Assembly (NCBI GenBank): GCA_964016885.1
Contig: OZ024742.1
Span: 268,646,001-268,710,000 of the forward strand
Source: Eledone cirrhosa
Taxonomy: Eukaryota
Direction: 5' to 3'
Length of the DNA stretch: 64,000 nucleotides
Under the pieces are notes generated by a model. The model was not told the DNA's origin and made no database searches. It saw only the letters and a list, made by a program, of their open reading frames with translations. Positions 1 to 12,718 of the stretch are shown here, piece by piece. The translations under genes were made by a program, and so were the position numbers. Position 1 is the stretch's first letter, and every line of letters starts with the position of its first letter.

Positions 1-1252
1 ATTAGTAGGGGAGATGGTGGCTAAACCTGCCAGTAGGAGAAAAAGGGGAGGGGGTGGAGTAGACCCAATCATGTAGTAGACCCAATCTTAGTGCCAGCTA
101 CAGCTGGGCATGAGGTCAAAGAAGATACTGGGGAGGGGGAGGGGGAGGAAGTCGAAACGGTAGGTAGAACAATGAGGGGTAAAAATATATATATGAAAGA
201 AAAAATACTGAGAGTGATGAATTGCGAATAAGTGTAAATAAAAAAGAGTATGAAAGCAAGTTCTACGACCTAAGTCTCTAGCTATTGTTAGGCTAGATAA
301 ATAAATAAATAAATAAAGAAAGAAATAAAGAAAGAAATAATGAAATAACGAAATAAGTAAATAAACTAGGTGGGACGGAATAGGCAAGACCCTTTTAAGA
401 GGTATAAGTACGTAAATCATACGGTTAGAGTTAGCATTAGTATATATATTTTTTCGGGACTCAGAATTATTATCTCGTACTAGTTTACTTTGCTGCACTG
501 GCTGGTTGCTGGCCTTGTGCCTGGGATAGAAACCTTTATTATTTATTTCGTGGTAGTTTATTTAGTATTTTGGCCCCATTTGTTGACCCGTCATGTATGA
601 TTTACGTACTTATACCTCTTAAAAGGGTCCTTGCCTATTCCGTCCCACCTAGTTTATTTACTTATTTCGTTATTTCTTTATTTCTTGCTTTATTTCTTTC
701 TTTCTTTATTTATTTATTTATCTAGCCTAACAATAGCTAGAGACTTAGGTCGTAGAACTTGCTTTTATACTCTTTTTTCTTTACACTTATTCGCCTTTCA
801 TCACTCTCAGTATTTTTTCTTTCATATATATATTTTTATCCCTCATTGTTCTACCTACCGTTTCTACTTCCTCCCCCTCCCCCTCCCCAGTATCTTCTTT
901 GACCTCATGCCCAGCTGTAGCTGGCACTAAGAACGCATGATTGGGTCTACTCCACCCCCTCCCCTTTTTCTCCTACTGGCAGGTTTAGCCACCATCTCCC
1001 CTACTAATTTGCAATCACAGAATTACTACTAACTTTTGACAATCACTTTGACCATATATGGAATTACCCCTTGAGAAGCTCGGCTATTTAAATACCAGGA
1101 TAAATTTTCATTTAGTCCAGAATTAGCCGTCGAAACGGCTTGAGCTCAGCCGTCGGGGTCTTACTGGTTCCTATTACCCACTCTACTACCCTAAGTATTG
1201 AGTACTTTGATTCGTTATGGTCCACCTGGTTCCTTACCACATTTCCTTCGTT
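1..1252 (+). mobile_element. PLE-type pseudo-LTR with a long inverted copy (arms ~1-423 and ~595-1008), non-coding
   Basis: 1-423 is the reverse complement of ~595-1008. The + arm continues into a hammerhead motif and ends at an (AT)n tract. The mirror-image ORFs 88-498(-) and 631-930(+) are by-products of the inversion. Confidence 0.65.
1066..1159 (+). ncRNA. Type I hammerhead ribozyme, U3-A8 core variant
   Basis: Helix I ACCCC(1066-70)/GGGGT(1155-59); core TTGAGAA(1071-77); helix II G-C plus CGGCTA/TAGCCG; GAAA(1132-35); helix III ACGGCT/AGCCGT; GTC triplet 1152-54. Confidence 0.8.
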
Positions 1253-1540
1253 ATATATATATATATATATATACATATAAATGGAAAAGAATGAAATTAA
1301 ATTTCATTTCTCAAACTTATTACGGCTGATACTTAAATATAAGTATGTATACGTGCATACATATATGTATACAGACGTACAGTAGTATATATATATATAC
1401 ATGCACCCATATATACATGTACGTATGGCTTTACCGAACATTTATTATAATGTTCGGTTTGTATGTAAACAAACAGCCCGAATTAAGCCGTACAGTGTTC
1501 GGCAACCATCGTCGCCTTTTTGTTGAACACTGACAAAGGA

Positions 1541-1583
1541 ACGATGAACTAGTTTCGAGCTCATTAGCTATCATCAGCATCGT
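1541..1583 (-). ncRNA. Minimal type I hammerhead ribozyme (unit 1)
   Basis: Minus strand reads ACGATG-CTGATGA-T AGCT AATG AGCT C-GAAA-CTAG-TT-CATCGT: helix I ACGATG/CATCGT, canonical core, palindromic ACTAGT helix III. Confidence 0.8.
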
Positions 1584-1969
1584 ATACCTTCCTGTCAGAT
1601 GATTGAACGTTTGAAAGTATATACTTTCCTTATGCATATTAATGGTTGAGCAGCCTAATTTGCATATCGAATGAGTTAGTCGGCCGGGTGTATCGAAAAT
1701 GATAAATGGAAAAGAATGAAATGAAATTTCATTTCTCACACTTAGTACGGCTGATACTTAAATGTATGTATGTATACGTATATACATATATGTATACAGA
1801 CGTACAGTAGTATGTATATATATACATACATGCACACGTATATACATGTACGTATAGGTTTACCGAACATTTATTATAATGTTCGGTTTGTTTGTAAACA
1901 AACAGCCCGAATTAAACCGTACAGTGTTCAGCAACCATGGTTGCCCTTTTGTTCAACACTGAGAAAGGA

Positions 1970-2012
1970 ACGATGAAGTAGTTTCGAGCTTATTAGCTAT
2001 CGTCAGCATCGT
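1970..2012 (-). ncRNA. Minimal type I hammerhead ribozyme (unit 2; helix III mutated)
   Basis: Minus strand reads ACGATG-CTGACGA-TAGCTAATAAGCTC-GAAA-CTAC-TT-CATCGT. Confidence 0.7.
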
Positions 2013-2246
2013 ATACCTTCCTGTCAGATGATTGTACGTTTGGAAGTATATACTTGCCTCATGAATATTAAGGGCTGAGCAGCCTAATTTGCATATCGAG
2101 TGAGTTAGTCGGCCTGGCGTACCGAAAACGATGAATGGAAAAGAATGAAATGAAATGAAATTTCTCACTCTTAGTACGGCTGATACAGCTTATTTTTTAA
2201 GTATATGCGCGTGGCCGAGTGTGTATATCTTTGTTTATTTATTTAA

Positions 2247-2281
2247 ATATATATATGTGTGTATATATATATATATGTATG

Positions 2282-2369
<88 letters not shown>

Positions 2370-2450
2370 AGTGTGTGCGTGTGTATGTGTGTGTATATGT
2401 ATGTTTATATATATATATGTATAATTGTGTGTGTGTGTATGTGTTTATAT
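2247..2450. repeat. (AT)n/(GT)n compound microsatellite
   Basis: Direct inspection; source of spurious poly-YI ORFs. Confidence 0.95.
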
Positions 2451-2553
2451 ACTTATTATTTATAATCTTATGTTCTTCTTCCTTCAGCTTCACTTTCATA
2501 TTTCTTATATTTCTGTTTTAAAATCCACTTTCAATAAAAAACATCCGAATATT

Positions 2554-2613
2554 TTTCATTCTAGCGACTGAAAGCAGATGTGTTTGCTTTCAAGAAACCA
2601 CTGGTAAATGGAA
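2554..2613 (+). ncRNA. Degenerate type I hammerhead relic
   Basis: TTTCATT-CTAGCGA (vs CTGANGA)-TGAAAGCA/TGCTTTCA hairpin-GAAA-CCACTGG-TA-AATGGAA. All three helices pair, but the core has two substitutions. Confidence 0.5.
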
Positions 2614-2709
2614 TAATTATTTCATGTTGTTTATTACATAACTTATAAGCTCTGTAACCTACATATAGCACTCTTTTTTCCTCTACCTTTCCGACGGAAT
2701 TACTTCATT

Positions 2710-2823
<114 letters not shown>

Positions 2824-2934
2824 TTTGTTTTGCGAGATTTTTTATCTGAAAACGTGTGTGGCAACAGATGTTGTTTCACTTTGGGAGGATCTTGTTACCA
2901 ATAAAACCACATGCACCTGTTGATTCTAACTAGA

Positions 2935-3008
2935 GGGGTCGATAAAATAAAGTACTAGTAATGCACTGGGTAATTGCTTGCCTTGTGCCTAAAGTAGAAA
3001 CAATTATA
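2935..3008 (+). mobile_element. SINE 3' fragment
   Basis: GGGGTCGATAAAATAAAGTAC...GCCTTGTGCCTAAAGTAGAAACAATT matches the 3' half of the SINE at 60180-60371. Confidence 0.85.
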
Positions 3009-3014
3009 AATTCA

Positions 3015-4010
3015 TGTTTGGTTGGTTCGATAACCGGAAGGTTCTTTATATATTGACAAACTGTGTTGTCACACATTCTGTATCCTCCTCAGTGACTAGG
3101 CTTTTGTTTTGTGTGTCTCTCCTTCCTTCTGTCCTAAACCATCTTCTTTTTGTGTGTTGTGTCTTGTGTGCTTAGTTTGCGCAAGCGTGCCATCCGTGTG
3201 TGTGTGAGTGTTTTATTTATTTATTCGTGTGTTTATTTATTTGTCACTAGTTGTTTGTTCTCCCTGTGTGTGTCTGGCCTTTTTTCTTAGTTTGGTTTTT
3301 AAGTGTCTGTATATCTTCATCGTGTCCTTAATTACTAGTTGTGATGTTTGTATTCAACTCATGTTTTCTGTTTCATTTTCGTTGGAACCTCTGTGATTTG
3401 CCTGAGCATTGCACCTTCTCTGTTTATGGATATAAATTTGTATCCCTATTTTCTCTAATGAGCTCTATGTTCTACTTTGGCTTGTTGGTGGAGAACTGAT
3501 GAGTTTCCCATCCAGGTGCGCTTGTCAGTTTTTACTTATCCTTTCTCCTATGCTACGGGCTGTTTCACCTAGGTATCTTATATTCTTATTACTACAGTCC
3601 CTCAATATATATTATGCTATATACTACATTCCTGGTTATGCAGTTAGTGTGTAGGCTTAGCTTGTAGACTATGCATTTACTATCAGCAGAGGGGGATCTT
3701 TGCAATGGATAAGTTTGACTAATTGGGAGTTTAATGGGAGTACCAAGTCTTTCAAATATTTAATATTTAATTTGAGCTTCTCTAGGGCCCTTCTAAATAT
3801 ACAAGCTAGTTCGCTTCTAGGTGTTTTATTGGCGAACATTACACTAGTATTTATTGCTATTATCCCATGGGTTTATTTGCTTTGTCTTATTCCTAATTCA
3901 TTCTATCCTGTTCAAAACATTGCTCCTACCTATACATGGGGCAAGTCCCATTTGCATCGTTTTCTACAATCATTGCCCATTTCGTTCTATCTCCTTGATA
4001 TACCCTAATC
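3015..4010 (-). mobile_element. Decayed Penelope-like element (GIY-YIG remnant plus 3' terminal repeat)
   Basis: Minus strand ~3530-3640 encodes RNVVYSII...YLGETARSIGERIS. 3015-3145 is similar to 38885-39017(-) and 61597-61730(+). Confidence 0.6.
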
Positions 4011-4159
4011 TTGAAATTCCACCAACAGGTTAATTTAGGCTAAATTTGAGGTTACACTAACGAGCACATGGAATATGACTCTCTTATTGACCACGCTACG
4101 CCACCCCTGTCAATATAACACGATTTATTTTCATTAATATTACGTATATATTGAATAAT

Positions 4160-4552
<393 letters not shown>

Positions 4553-4563
<11 letters not shown>

Positions 4564-4892
4564 TCAAAGTTCAGTTTAAGTCATTTATTTGCTTACAATT
4601 GTTTTATCCAAACCGAGGTTTGGATTCTTCGGAGCAACTATTTACTGATCTATAACATACTTGACCTCCTTTTCAACCCAAGGGACATAATAAATTACTT
4701 AAACTGAACTTTGATTATTGTAATCTCTATATAACTGCTCTGTAAATCAACTGATGTTATTACATTGAGCTATTTATCTTACTGGTAATAGGATAGTAAT
4801 TAATGACTATCTTTCACTATTTAGGGTTGTATAAAAAAATATATTACCATAAAAGGTTTTATTACATACATAACCATAAATAGTATCCTTAA

Positions 4893-4895
<3 letters not shown>
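4553..4895 (-). mobile_element. Short (AT)n-flanked element with 36-bp inverted repeat and hammerhead relic (4589-4637)
   Basis: IR ~4553-4589 / ~4689-4724. Minus strand reads TTGCT-CCGAAGA-ATCCAAACC TC GGTTTGGAT-AAAA-CAATTG-TA-AGCAA. Confidence 0.55.
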
Positions 4896-4938
<43 letters not shown>

Positions 4939-7680
4939 GTTAAACAATATTCAATGATTATGTCAAAGAATGAGTTTTACACTATATATATATATACAAA
5001 TGGGTTTTACAGTATATATATATATTTAGGATAGTACAATAAAAAAAACGCCGCCAATTTGTTATATCTTAATATTTTTTCGAGCTTAGAAAATAGATGA
5101 ATAACTATCCTAGATCTATTTGTGGTCAGCCATTTAAAATAAAAATAAACATGATTGATTGCTATTCTACAGTATCAATGACGTCATGTAAGCCTTTACG
5201 ATTAACATTTGATGTTTGCTTTAGGTTATTATGAAAATATGTAACATTACAGTTTACGGTTGAAATTGAAGCTGTAATCTAGCAGTTAACTTTTACAATT
5301 AGGGTTTCTCGAATCGGTAATGCAGGTTGTAACGTGAGACAAATAACTGTAAATTAGAATTTGGGAATGTTTTTCCGATTTAGTTATTTTATTTATTTAT
5401 TTATTTTTTTTTGATTTTCCACATAAACTAATTACACTCCAAAATTAGGAAAAAGTAAACCTTCGAAACAAATTTCTAAAATAAATTAAAATACTGATGG
5501 AACGTTGCTTACTGCAATGTATTTAGTAGATTTTGTAATATATTATATATGTACACAAATATATGATTTTTATTTCTTTAATTGTAGCTATTTGAAACAT
5601 GAATTAAATATTAACAAGCTAAAATAAATATACATCAACATTAATTACGCTATATTTAATGTGTATGGAATAATCAAGTTATGAAAACATATATAACATA
5701 TACACCATATACGTGTGAAACCTTATAAATATTCTTATAAATATTCTTTCTTTATTTTATATCTTGGTCAAAAGTAACGTAAATTTTAGCCAAAATATTA
5801 TCCGTCTCAATTTATTTCCATATTACGTTTATTATTAATCATATTTTCATGTTTTTATACCCACATATGCATTTTGTTTTTCAGTGAGGGAATAATCCAT
5901 AGTAAGCATTTGGAATACAAATTTGCAAAGAGCAAGAAATAATGTTAAATAAAATTAAGGAACAATTTGATAATATAGGTCAACATTTTCTTGGCTCCGA
6001 ATTATATATGATGTGACCTTTCATAATATTTGCCGTTTAAATAATCCATATATGTTAATGTACAAAATGCTGTCATGACATGGAGAATTACATACTTTAT
6101 GGTACACATTTATGTGCGTGGTTTCATTCTGTGTTACCAAGTATCAACACGAGGAACAAAAACACACAAATGCGTAAATCTCAATATATCGCAAAAGTAA
6201 ATATCATGCAATTATTATAACCTCGGGCAACGTAAAAACTAATAAACCGTATTCGTTGCATTTTTATATTCCAAAAACGCAACTCCCCATCGACGGATAC
6301 TTACATTGAACGGAAAATATTTAGTATATACACAATAAATCCCAATCGTCTTAAACTATACCACCAACAACAAAAGAAAACCCCTACATAAATAGCCCAA
6401 TAATATTTTTATTTTCGATAAAGATGCACAGGCATAATGTTGTGTATTCCTCTATAGAAGAGAATGGGAACCTGGAGTTCATTTTATTTCTAATTAACGC
6501 CTGGACCATAGGAATAATCTTGGATTTTTGTTATTAGATGTCATATATTATATTATTATATTTGATGTATGATGAACCAGATGAATATAAAAGCTGAATA
6601 CAAAAGCTATCTTTAAATCTACAACGAAGAGTAATCTGTTATATTAGCGCTTTAGTTTTGTATAGAAAACTTGATCAACCAGCTTGCATATATCTGTACA
6701 AGGAATGGTGTATATTGAGAATGGGCCGTGAATTGCTTGAGAAAACCGCTTACACTCACACTGGGCAATGCTGTGCCATCGAATTATGTTTTCCTCATAG
6801 TTTCAAGTTGACGACAGTTTTGTAATTAAAATTTGATAACCTTTATGAAAAAAACCCCACGTGTCCCAGTATATTATACAATAATCCAATAAACCGTTTA
6901 GCTTTACTACCTGATCTTGTGGTGGGTATAGGGAAGATTATACTATTGCGTAATTTCGAGCTACTTTTCCCTGTATTACAGTACCTATTTACTACGTATC
7001 AAATGAAAAAGATAAACACAATCCATACCTTATTAATGAAATATAAAGAAAGTAGATGCAACGTTGTATCAGAAATGTGTCTACTATTAGCGTTCTATTA
7101 AATATATTTAATCTACAAGAATACCGCCACGTTTTATTTCATCAGGTCTCTACGATATATTATACTACTTATATATCTAAGCAATTGTTAAGTAGTATTG
7201 TATCTCTTTAGTTTAAATTTTAATCATATCAACACTACTTATTTTTTACTCTCAATTATTTATTCATAGTCAAAAACAACAACATAGCATATGGAGGAGG
7301 TACAGAGGGAAAATATGAGTGTGAGAGACGCGACTTGAAAAAATAAAAGAGATAAAATAGAATATAGAATGGAAAATATAAATAATTACAAAATATTTTT
7401 AAATAAAATAAATCATTCCTCTAATTAAGATGATAAAATATATTTGGAAACCTTTGTTTATTTTTGTCTCAACGAATTTTGAATCAGATTGAATAAAACG
7501 TTGAATTGAGGAGATATTGATTCTCAATATCTTTGAAGAAAAAGTCTAGCAATATCAGCACGAACCGGCTTCGAAAAAGAACACAGATTAATCATTTATT
7601 CTACACGTAATTAATTTTCTTTCGAAAGGAAAGTTTTTGAAATATTTGAATTTACTTTTAGATTAGAGTATTTAAATGAA

Positions 7681-7723
<43 letters not shown>

Positions 7724-10700
7724 ATTGAAACGCCAAACAGTTAACAGAAAAATGAACAAACGAACAAAACAACAAATGAAAATAAAACAAAAAAATGTTT
7801 AACACTGATATCTTGGAGCAACACTAATTTCCAAACACATATATGTGAATTTAATTAAACAGACACATAAAAAAAAATCATTCTGAAATTTGCTATATAT
7901 TTCTTGTGGTCATCAATTGATGTGAATCGTACGTTTGATAGATGAATAACATCATAAATTGCTGAATGGATGTAACGCTAGAACCTTTGAACCCATAAGC
8001 AATTTGTTCGATCTGTGGGTTGTAAACGTTTATCTTTTCGACAGAACCCTTTACAATTTGTGCATACATAATATACATTTTACAAAGCCCGATGTAGTCC
8101 ATATGCCACTAAATAAGTCTGACACATGCTAATAGTTATCAGGAGTCATAATGCTACCGTTTTCTTTTATTCAGCTTATACCTGGTAATGATTTAACAGA
8201 ACGGTTAGATCGTAAGTCGAAATGCATGGCAGTGTTTTTTCTATCCACCTCACACAATATCTGCAGCATTATATGTAATATAACCCTAGAGTTTGCTTAC
8301 GATTTAGATGAATTTTATTACTGGATCGTTATAAACTACGTGTTCTCAGTATATTTGATATATTTACAGATTATTTCTATGGCACTGTAAAAGCTAAATT
8401 GCTCCTCATGAGATACGGTTTTCTTTTGTCGTCGACAACATAGTGCTAGAATTGTTTAATCATTGCGTCAATTCTACCTGACTTTTTTTGTGTTTTAAGA
8501 TGAGATAATGCACAGATCGACATGGTTAATACATGTATGTAATAGCCTGCTTTAATTCTAACAACAGACCATTCAGAGCTTTTAAGGAAGTCTACTCTGC
8601 AGCTATCACTCGCACCAAATATCAGACTTAGTTATAAATTCCTGCATTCGTTCTATCCATGACTGATCTCTCCAAAATAAAGGATCGTAGGCGTTGATTT
8701 ACCATCGCTGATTAAGTATTAAAATTAGATTTATTTATTTGGCATTTCGAAATTCTTTGATTTTTATGCACTTTCTTATTCTCGATCGTCGAAACGTGTT
8801 CACTACTATGTATACATAGAGCGAGGATATTCAATATACTATTTCTACACATTTTATGCATTCTAATTCTAAGTAAGCATTTCAGCCAACCACAAACGTA
8901 CGCACTCATGCATTTACATGTACACATTGTAGTATGTATGTGTTCGTTTATTTCTTCGTGTGTCTGTGTGGTATCGTACTACCTCGTAAATTATACCCAC
9001 CAGTGGGTGTTCCTTACATGTTCTATGTTGCAACCATATTCCTAGATTCAAAGTGGTATTCATTTACGTCGCTTTTGAAGTGACAGTACGGCTAATTTAA
9101 AATCTGGTAATGAACATATACGTCAAACTGTTCATACGTTCATAAATATGGAATAGTTTGTATACTTTTGAAGCATTGCAGAAATGCGAAAAAATTTCAT
9201 TTTAGAATACAACATGAATGCGAATTGAATATAGATTATTAAAAAAATATATCTACAAAAGAATTGTTCAAACGTTATCTTGATATAGCTCTTAAATCAA
9301 TATTTATTGGAAATATCCCCTATTGAAATGCTTTAAGGAAACAGGGCAATACCGAGATTTTGATTTACTTATTTAGGTGGTTGGTATTTTTGCGTGCGGC
9401 AATATGCGATCCTCATTTGTAGTGATATGAGGGTTTAATTGTTCAAGTGTTTTAGTGTAATGCCTAACGAAGTAGGTGTTAAAGAGAAAATGGATAGAGT
9501 GATAAAGAGATATAAAGTGACATGGATAGGAATTAGTCAACTCAATTGAGAGTGCGGGAGAGGAAGAAAAATAGGAAAAGCGAAAGAAAGGTGGTGGTAG
9601 GGAGAATATTTCGAGTATTTCTAATATCCAATATGTCCTTAATTCTAATCGATGTTTTATTGCATTTTAATGCTTAGTTTAGAGAATTGCTTCTTTGTTG
9701 AGGAATTTGTAATTATAACGATCGTGGCTTGGAGAGTAATTGTGACGTTCGTAGTCATATATCTCGCTTTTTCAAGGTGTTTCTTGGAAGTTTTATTGTG
9801 GTGTTTATTAATACGTCTGCGTAGTGTCGTTCTAATGCGGCTGATGTACAATTCGACGCACGGGACACAATGGGTAAGACCAACGAAGTATCAAATCCCT
9901 TAATTCTAAACCAGTGTTTCCAAACTGTGTTGAAAGGTGGCACTGGGAATTTTTATTTCATTTGGGTGGGGGGAAATATACTCAGGTGGGTGGTGGGCAA
10001 TTATCCATTTTTTTCTTTCAAATCTTTTTCTCTCAAATTTTCAAAAATTATAAAAACTCTTTTCCACTTTGGCGACAGGAAGCAACTTTGTGGCACCAGG
10101 TGTAACTGGTGTCGCTAAAGTGCCCCCCCCCCCCAAAAAAAAACAAAAAAAACAAAACAAATCAAATGAACGGTTACAGACAAAAAGAAAAAAACAATGA
10201 TTATAAATGCGAAAAGCTGAATGTGTGTATTTGTGTGCAAATGTATAAAGAAGGGTGGTCAGACTTTGGATGAAACTGGCTTTTGGGAGTGACTGATATG
10301 TATATGTGTGTATGTATGGGTATGTTTGTATGTATATGATTTTGTGTATGAGAGTGTGTTGCTGTTTTGAATACCTTTCTGCGATTGAACTTAAATTGAC
10401 CCCTGGCGATTAAAGGGAGAAATTTTGGATGAAATAAAATATTGAAGATGAAGTAAAACTTGAATCAAAATCAGGCATATGTTTGGAAAATGAGTATTGC
10501 ATTTATGGAGTAGGAAATATGTTTTTAAATAAAACAAAATAGATATTTTCAAGAAAAAATGGTGTATTCTATTGTGTGGTATAGTTGTTGATCTATTGTA
10601 AGAAAATATGTAGAAAACAAAATGGATAATGCAGATTGTGCAATTTATTTTGTGCTTCAATTTCATTGTTTAGTAAACTTAGTTGGGCTGGTAACTCAAT

Positions 10701-11274
10701 GATATCATTTGACAGATTCAATTGTAACAAATTATGAGGTCATTGATTTTAAGCATTTCAGTAGATCCAAATATTTATGGGGTGCTATAGCAGTGGAGTA
10801 GTTTATTGCATAGTTTCCAATCTATGATTTACTCGTACCTGTAATTGTTTCCTATCTGATCAATTTCAAAAGTGTCATGTTCTACAAGCCATTGGCCAAC
10901 TGGTAGTATCTCTACCATTTTATCGTTGATATATTTTGAGAATTTAATTTGAATTTTATATTGTTCTGTTGTCTATTTCACTCAATCATGATTCTCAGTC
11001 TAGTTGATTGATAATCTTATTTAATTATTGGTTGCTTCATTATATATTAAAATTGAACAGTTTTTTTTATTTATTTCATTTAAGTATACTTTTGATACGA
11101 ATATGTATATATATATTTTGAAAAAAGGAAACGAATGACATCACCTGTAGTTGGTACTCTGTAACAATTTAATTTTATAGTTTTACAATTTCATAATTAT
11201 ATAATTTTTCTATGTAAACTTAATACGCCCTTTGTTAACTTCAGTGGCAAGTCGTTAGAAAAACCCTGGTTAAG

Positions 11275-11354
11275 TTTCTGGAGAACTTTCTCGCATTCGT
11301 CGATGGCGATTGTATATAATCGCCACCGACGAATGAGAGAAAGTTGTCCAGAAA
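11275..11354. repeat. 80-bp near-perfect palindrome
   Basis: 40-bp arms with 4 mismatches and no spacer, centred at 11314/11315. Confidence 0.9.
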
Positions 11355-11372
11355 TGTATATGTATATATATA

Positions 11373-12680
11373 GGTTTGGGAATAACCAAAGAGTGCTTAG
11401 AATTACATTGTTTTATTAGCTAACAGTGTTTCATCCGTACCCTAAGGCAGGTATCATCCGAGCCTATAAACAAGAGTATATCAATAGTTGCATGCGCCAT
11501 CAAGCTGCGTCACCAGAACAAGGTTAAGAGGCGGGCAGGGGGGTCCCGAGGCCTGCGCTAAATAGAAACAGACACAATTCATGATGCATATACTGTCATA
11601 AAATGTCATAAAAAATGTCATTAAAAAAGTCATAAAAAATTACATCAAAGATCACATCAAATATTTATCATTTACATGGTGCAATAGATGACAAGGAGGT
11701 TGGGAGAGGGTAGCAGGGAATGAGTAAAGGTGTTACTCAGCATGATCAAAAACAATAAAAAAAATAATAAAACACAATAAAAAACGCAGAAGCAAAACAC
11801 CAAAAGAAACAAACAAATCAAGGTATAGATACATCAAAGCACAAGCAGTGTAGATACAGGATGTACAGGCAGATTAAGAGATCTTGCAAGCATGAGTCTG
11901 TGAGGAGGATAGTTGGTGCAGCTTTACATGTAGGATTGTCTATACGAAGGTTATACCGCCTTGTAATAGGTCGATCCTCCGTAACTTATCAGCACCACAC
12001 GGACAACCTCCATTGGTTCAAGTTCCGATCGTTAGGCGAAGTAACACTAAATTTCCAAAACATATACTCCGGGGATTTATCCGGATATGCAGTCAGCGAT
12101 AAACCCCTAACTCTAAAATAAAATAAAGTACGATGAGTTGAATAAAGTTAGGGTATATGTACAGCCGGCACTCCAGTGAGGAAATTGAAAATACGACAGG
12201 TCCGCAATAACTGCAATCTCCCAAAGTCCTCACGTTCGGTTAGTCAACCCATCGTCTCAAGTGAAATTCACTGTAAGGCCAAAATCTACATCGAAACAAA
12301 TTGTCATACCGTATACAATTATACCGCTGTAAATGTAAATCGTGATGGCTATTCCGTCACATAAACATAGGTGTATACCTATGGCAGAGTGGAAGAAAAG
12401 CAGATGTGGTTACAATAATAAGCGGGTTTATTAGGGTGGGTGCACATTTCTGTAGAAAATATAGAAAACTCACGGCTAAATCTATCAATGACAACTATGT
12501 TATTTACATGTCCGCCACGTGGTTTTCATGTAGATTACTGAATCCGGAAGTTGTAATCTATTCACAGTCGGGTGTGACGCCTCCTGGGTCGGCCTGGAAG
12601 TCAATATCTACTGTCGCACACTGCCTTGAGTGTGGTTAAGGACAATATATCTGCGTGTCTGGGCACATTGATATATTTGT
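11373..12680 (-). mobile_element. Heavily decayed Penelope-like element 3' region
   Basis: (AT)n-flanked. Frameshifted GIY-YIG-like traces at ~12000-12350. Hammerhead-like relic TAGGCT-CGGATGA...GAAACACTGTT-AGCTA at ~11415-11466. Confidence 0.4.

Positions 12681-12718
<38 letters not shown>

Larger units (their letters stand above)
1279..2186 (-). mobile_element. Tandem ~425-429 bp hammerhead-bearing repeat, ~2.1 units (retrozyme-like)
   Basis: Unit marker ATGGAAAAGAATGAAA at 1281, 1706 and 2135; one hammerhead per full unit; no credible ORF; abuts (AT)n. Confidence 0.8.

Noticed and set aside
88-930. Two similar hydrophobic ORFs (136 aa on -, 99 aa on +)
   Set aside because: Mirror images from the inverted repeat; low-complexity, with non-ATG starts and no domain.
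1431-2168. Repeated [12 protein letters not shown]... ORFs (also 44159-44374)
   Set aside because: GTG starts and different lengths among copies; conservation is explained by the non-coding repeat.
3496-3530. CTGATGAG hammerhead-like core
   Set aside because: No downstream GAAA or pairing helices; it lies antisense within a GIY-YIG relic.
9913-10135. CAGTGTTTCCAAAC resembling a hAT TIR
   Set aside because: No matching second TIR or 8-bp TSD found.
10390-11000. Faint CR1/L2-like C-terminal similarity on the minus strand
   Set aside because: Too degraded to support by eye.
4900-11200. Possible host exons in long AT-rich stretches (also 36000-38400 and 40100-43400)
   Set aside because: No ORF with a recognisable domain or convincing splice-bounded coding segment; small exons cannot be excluded without RNA data.
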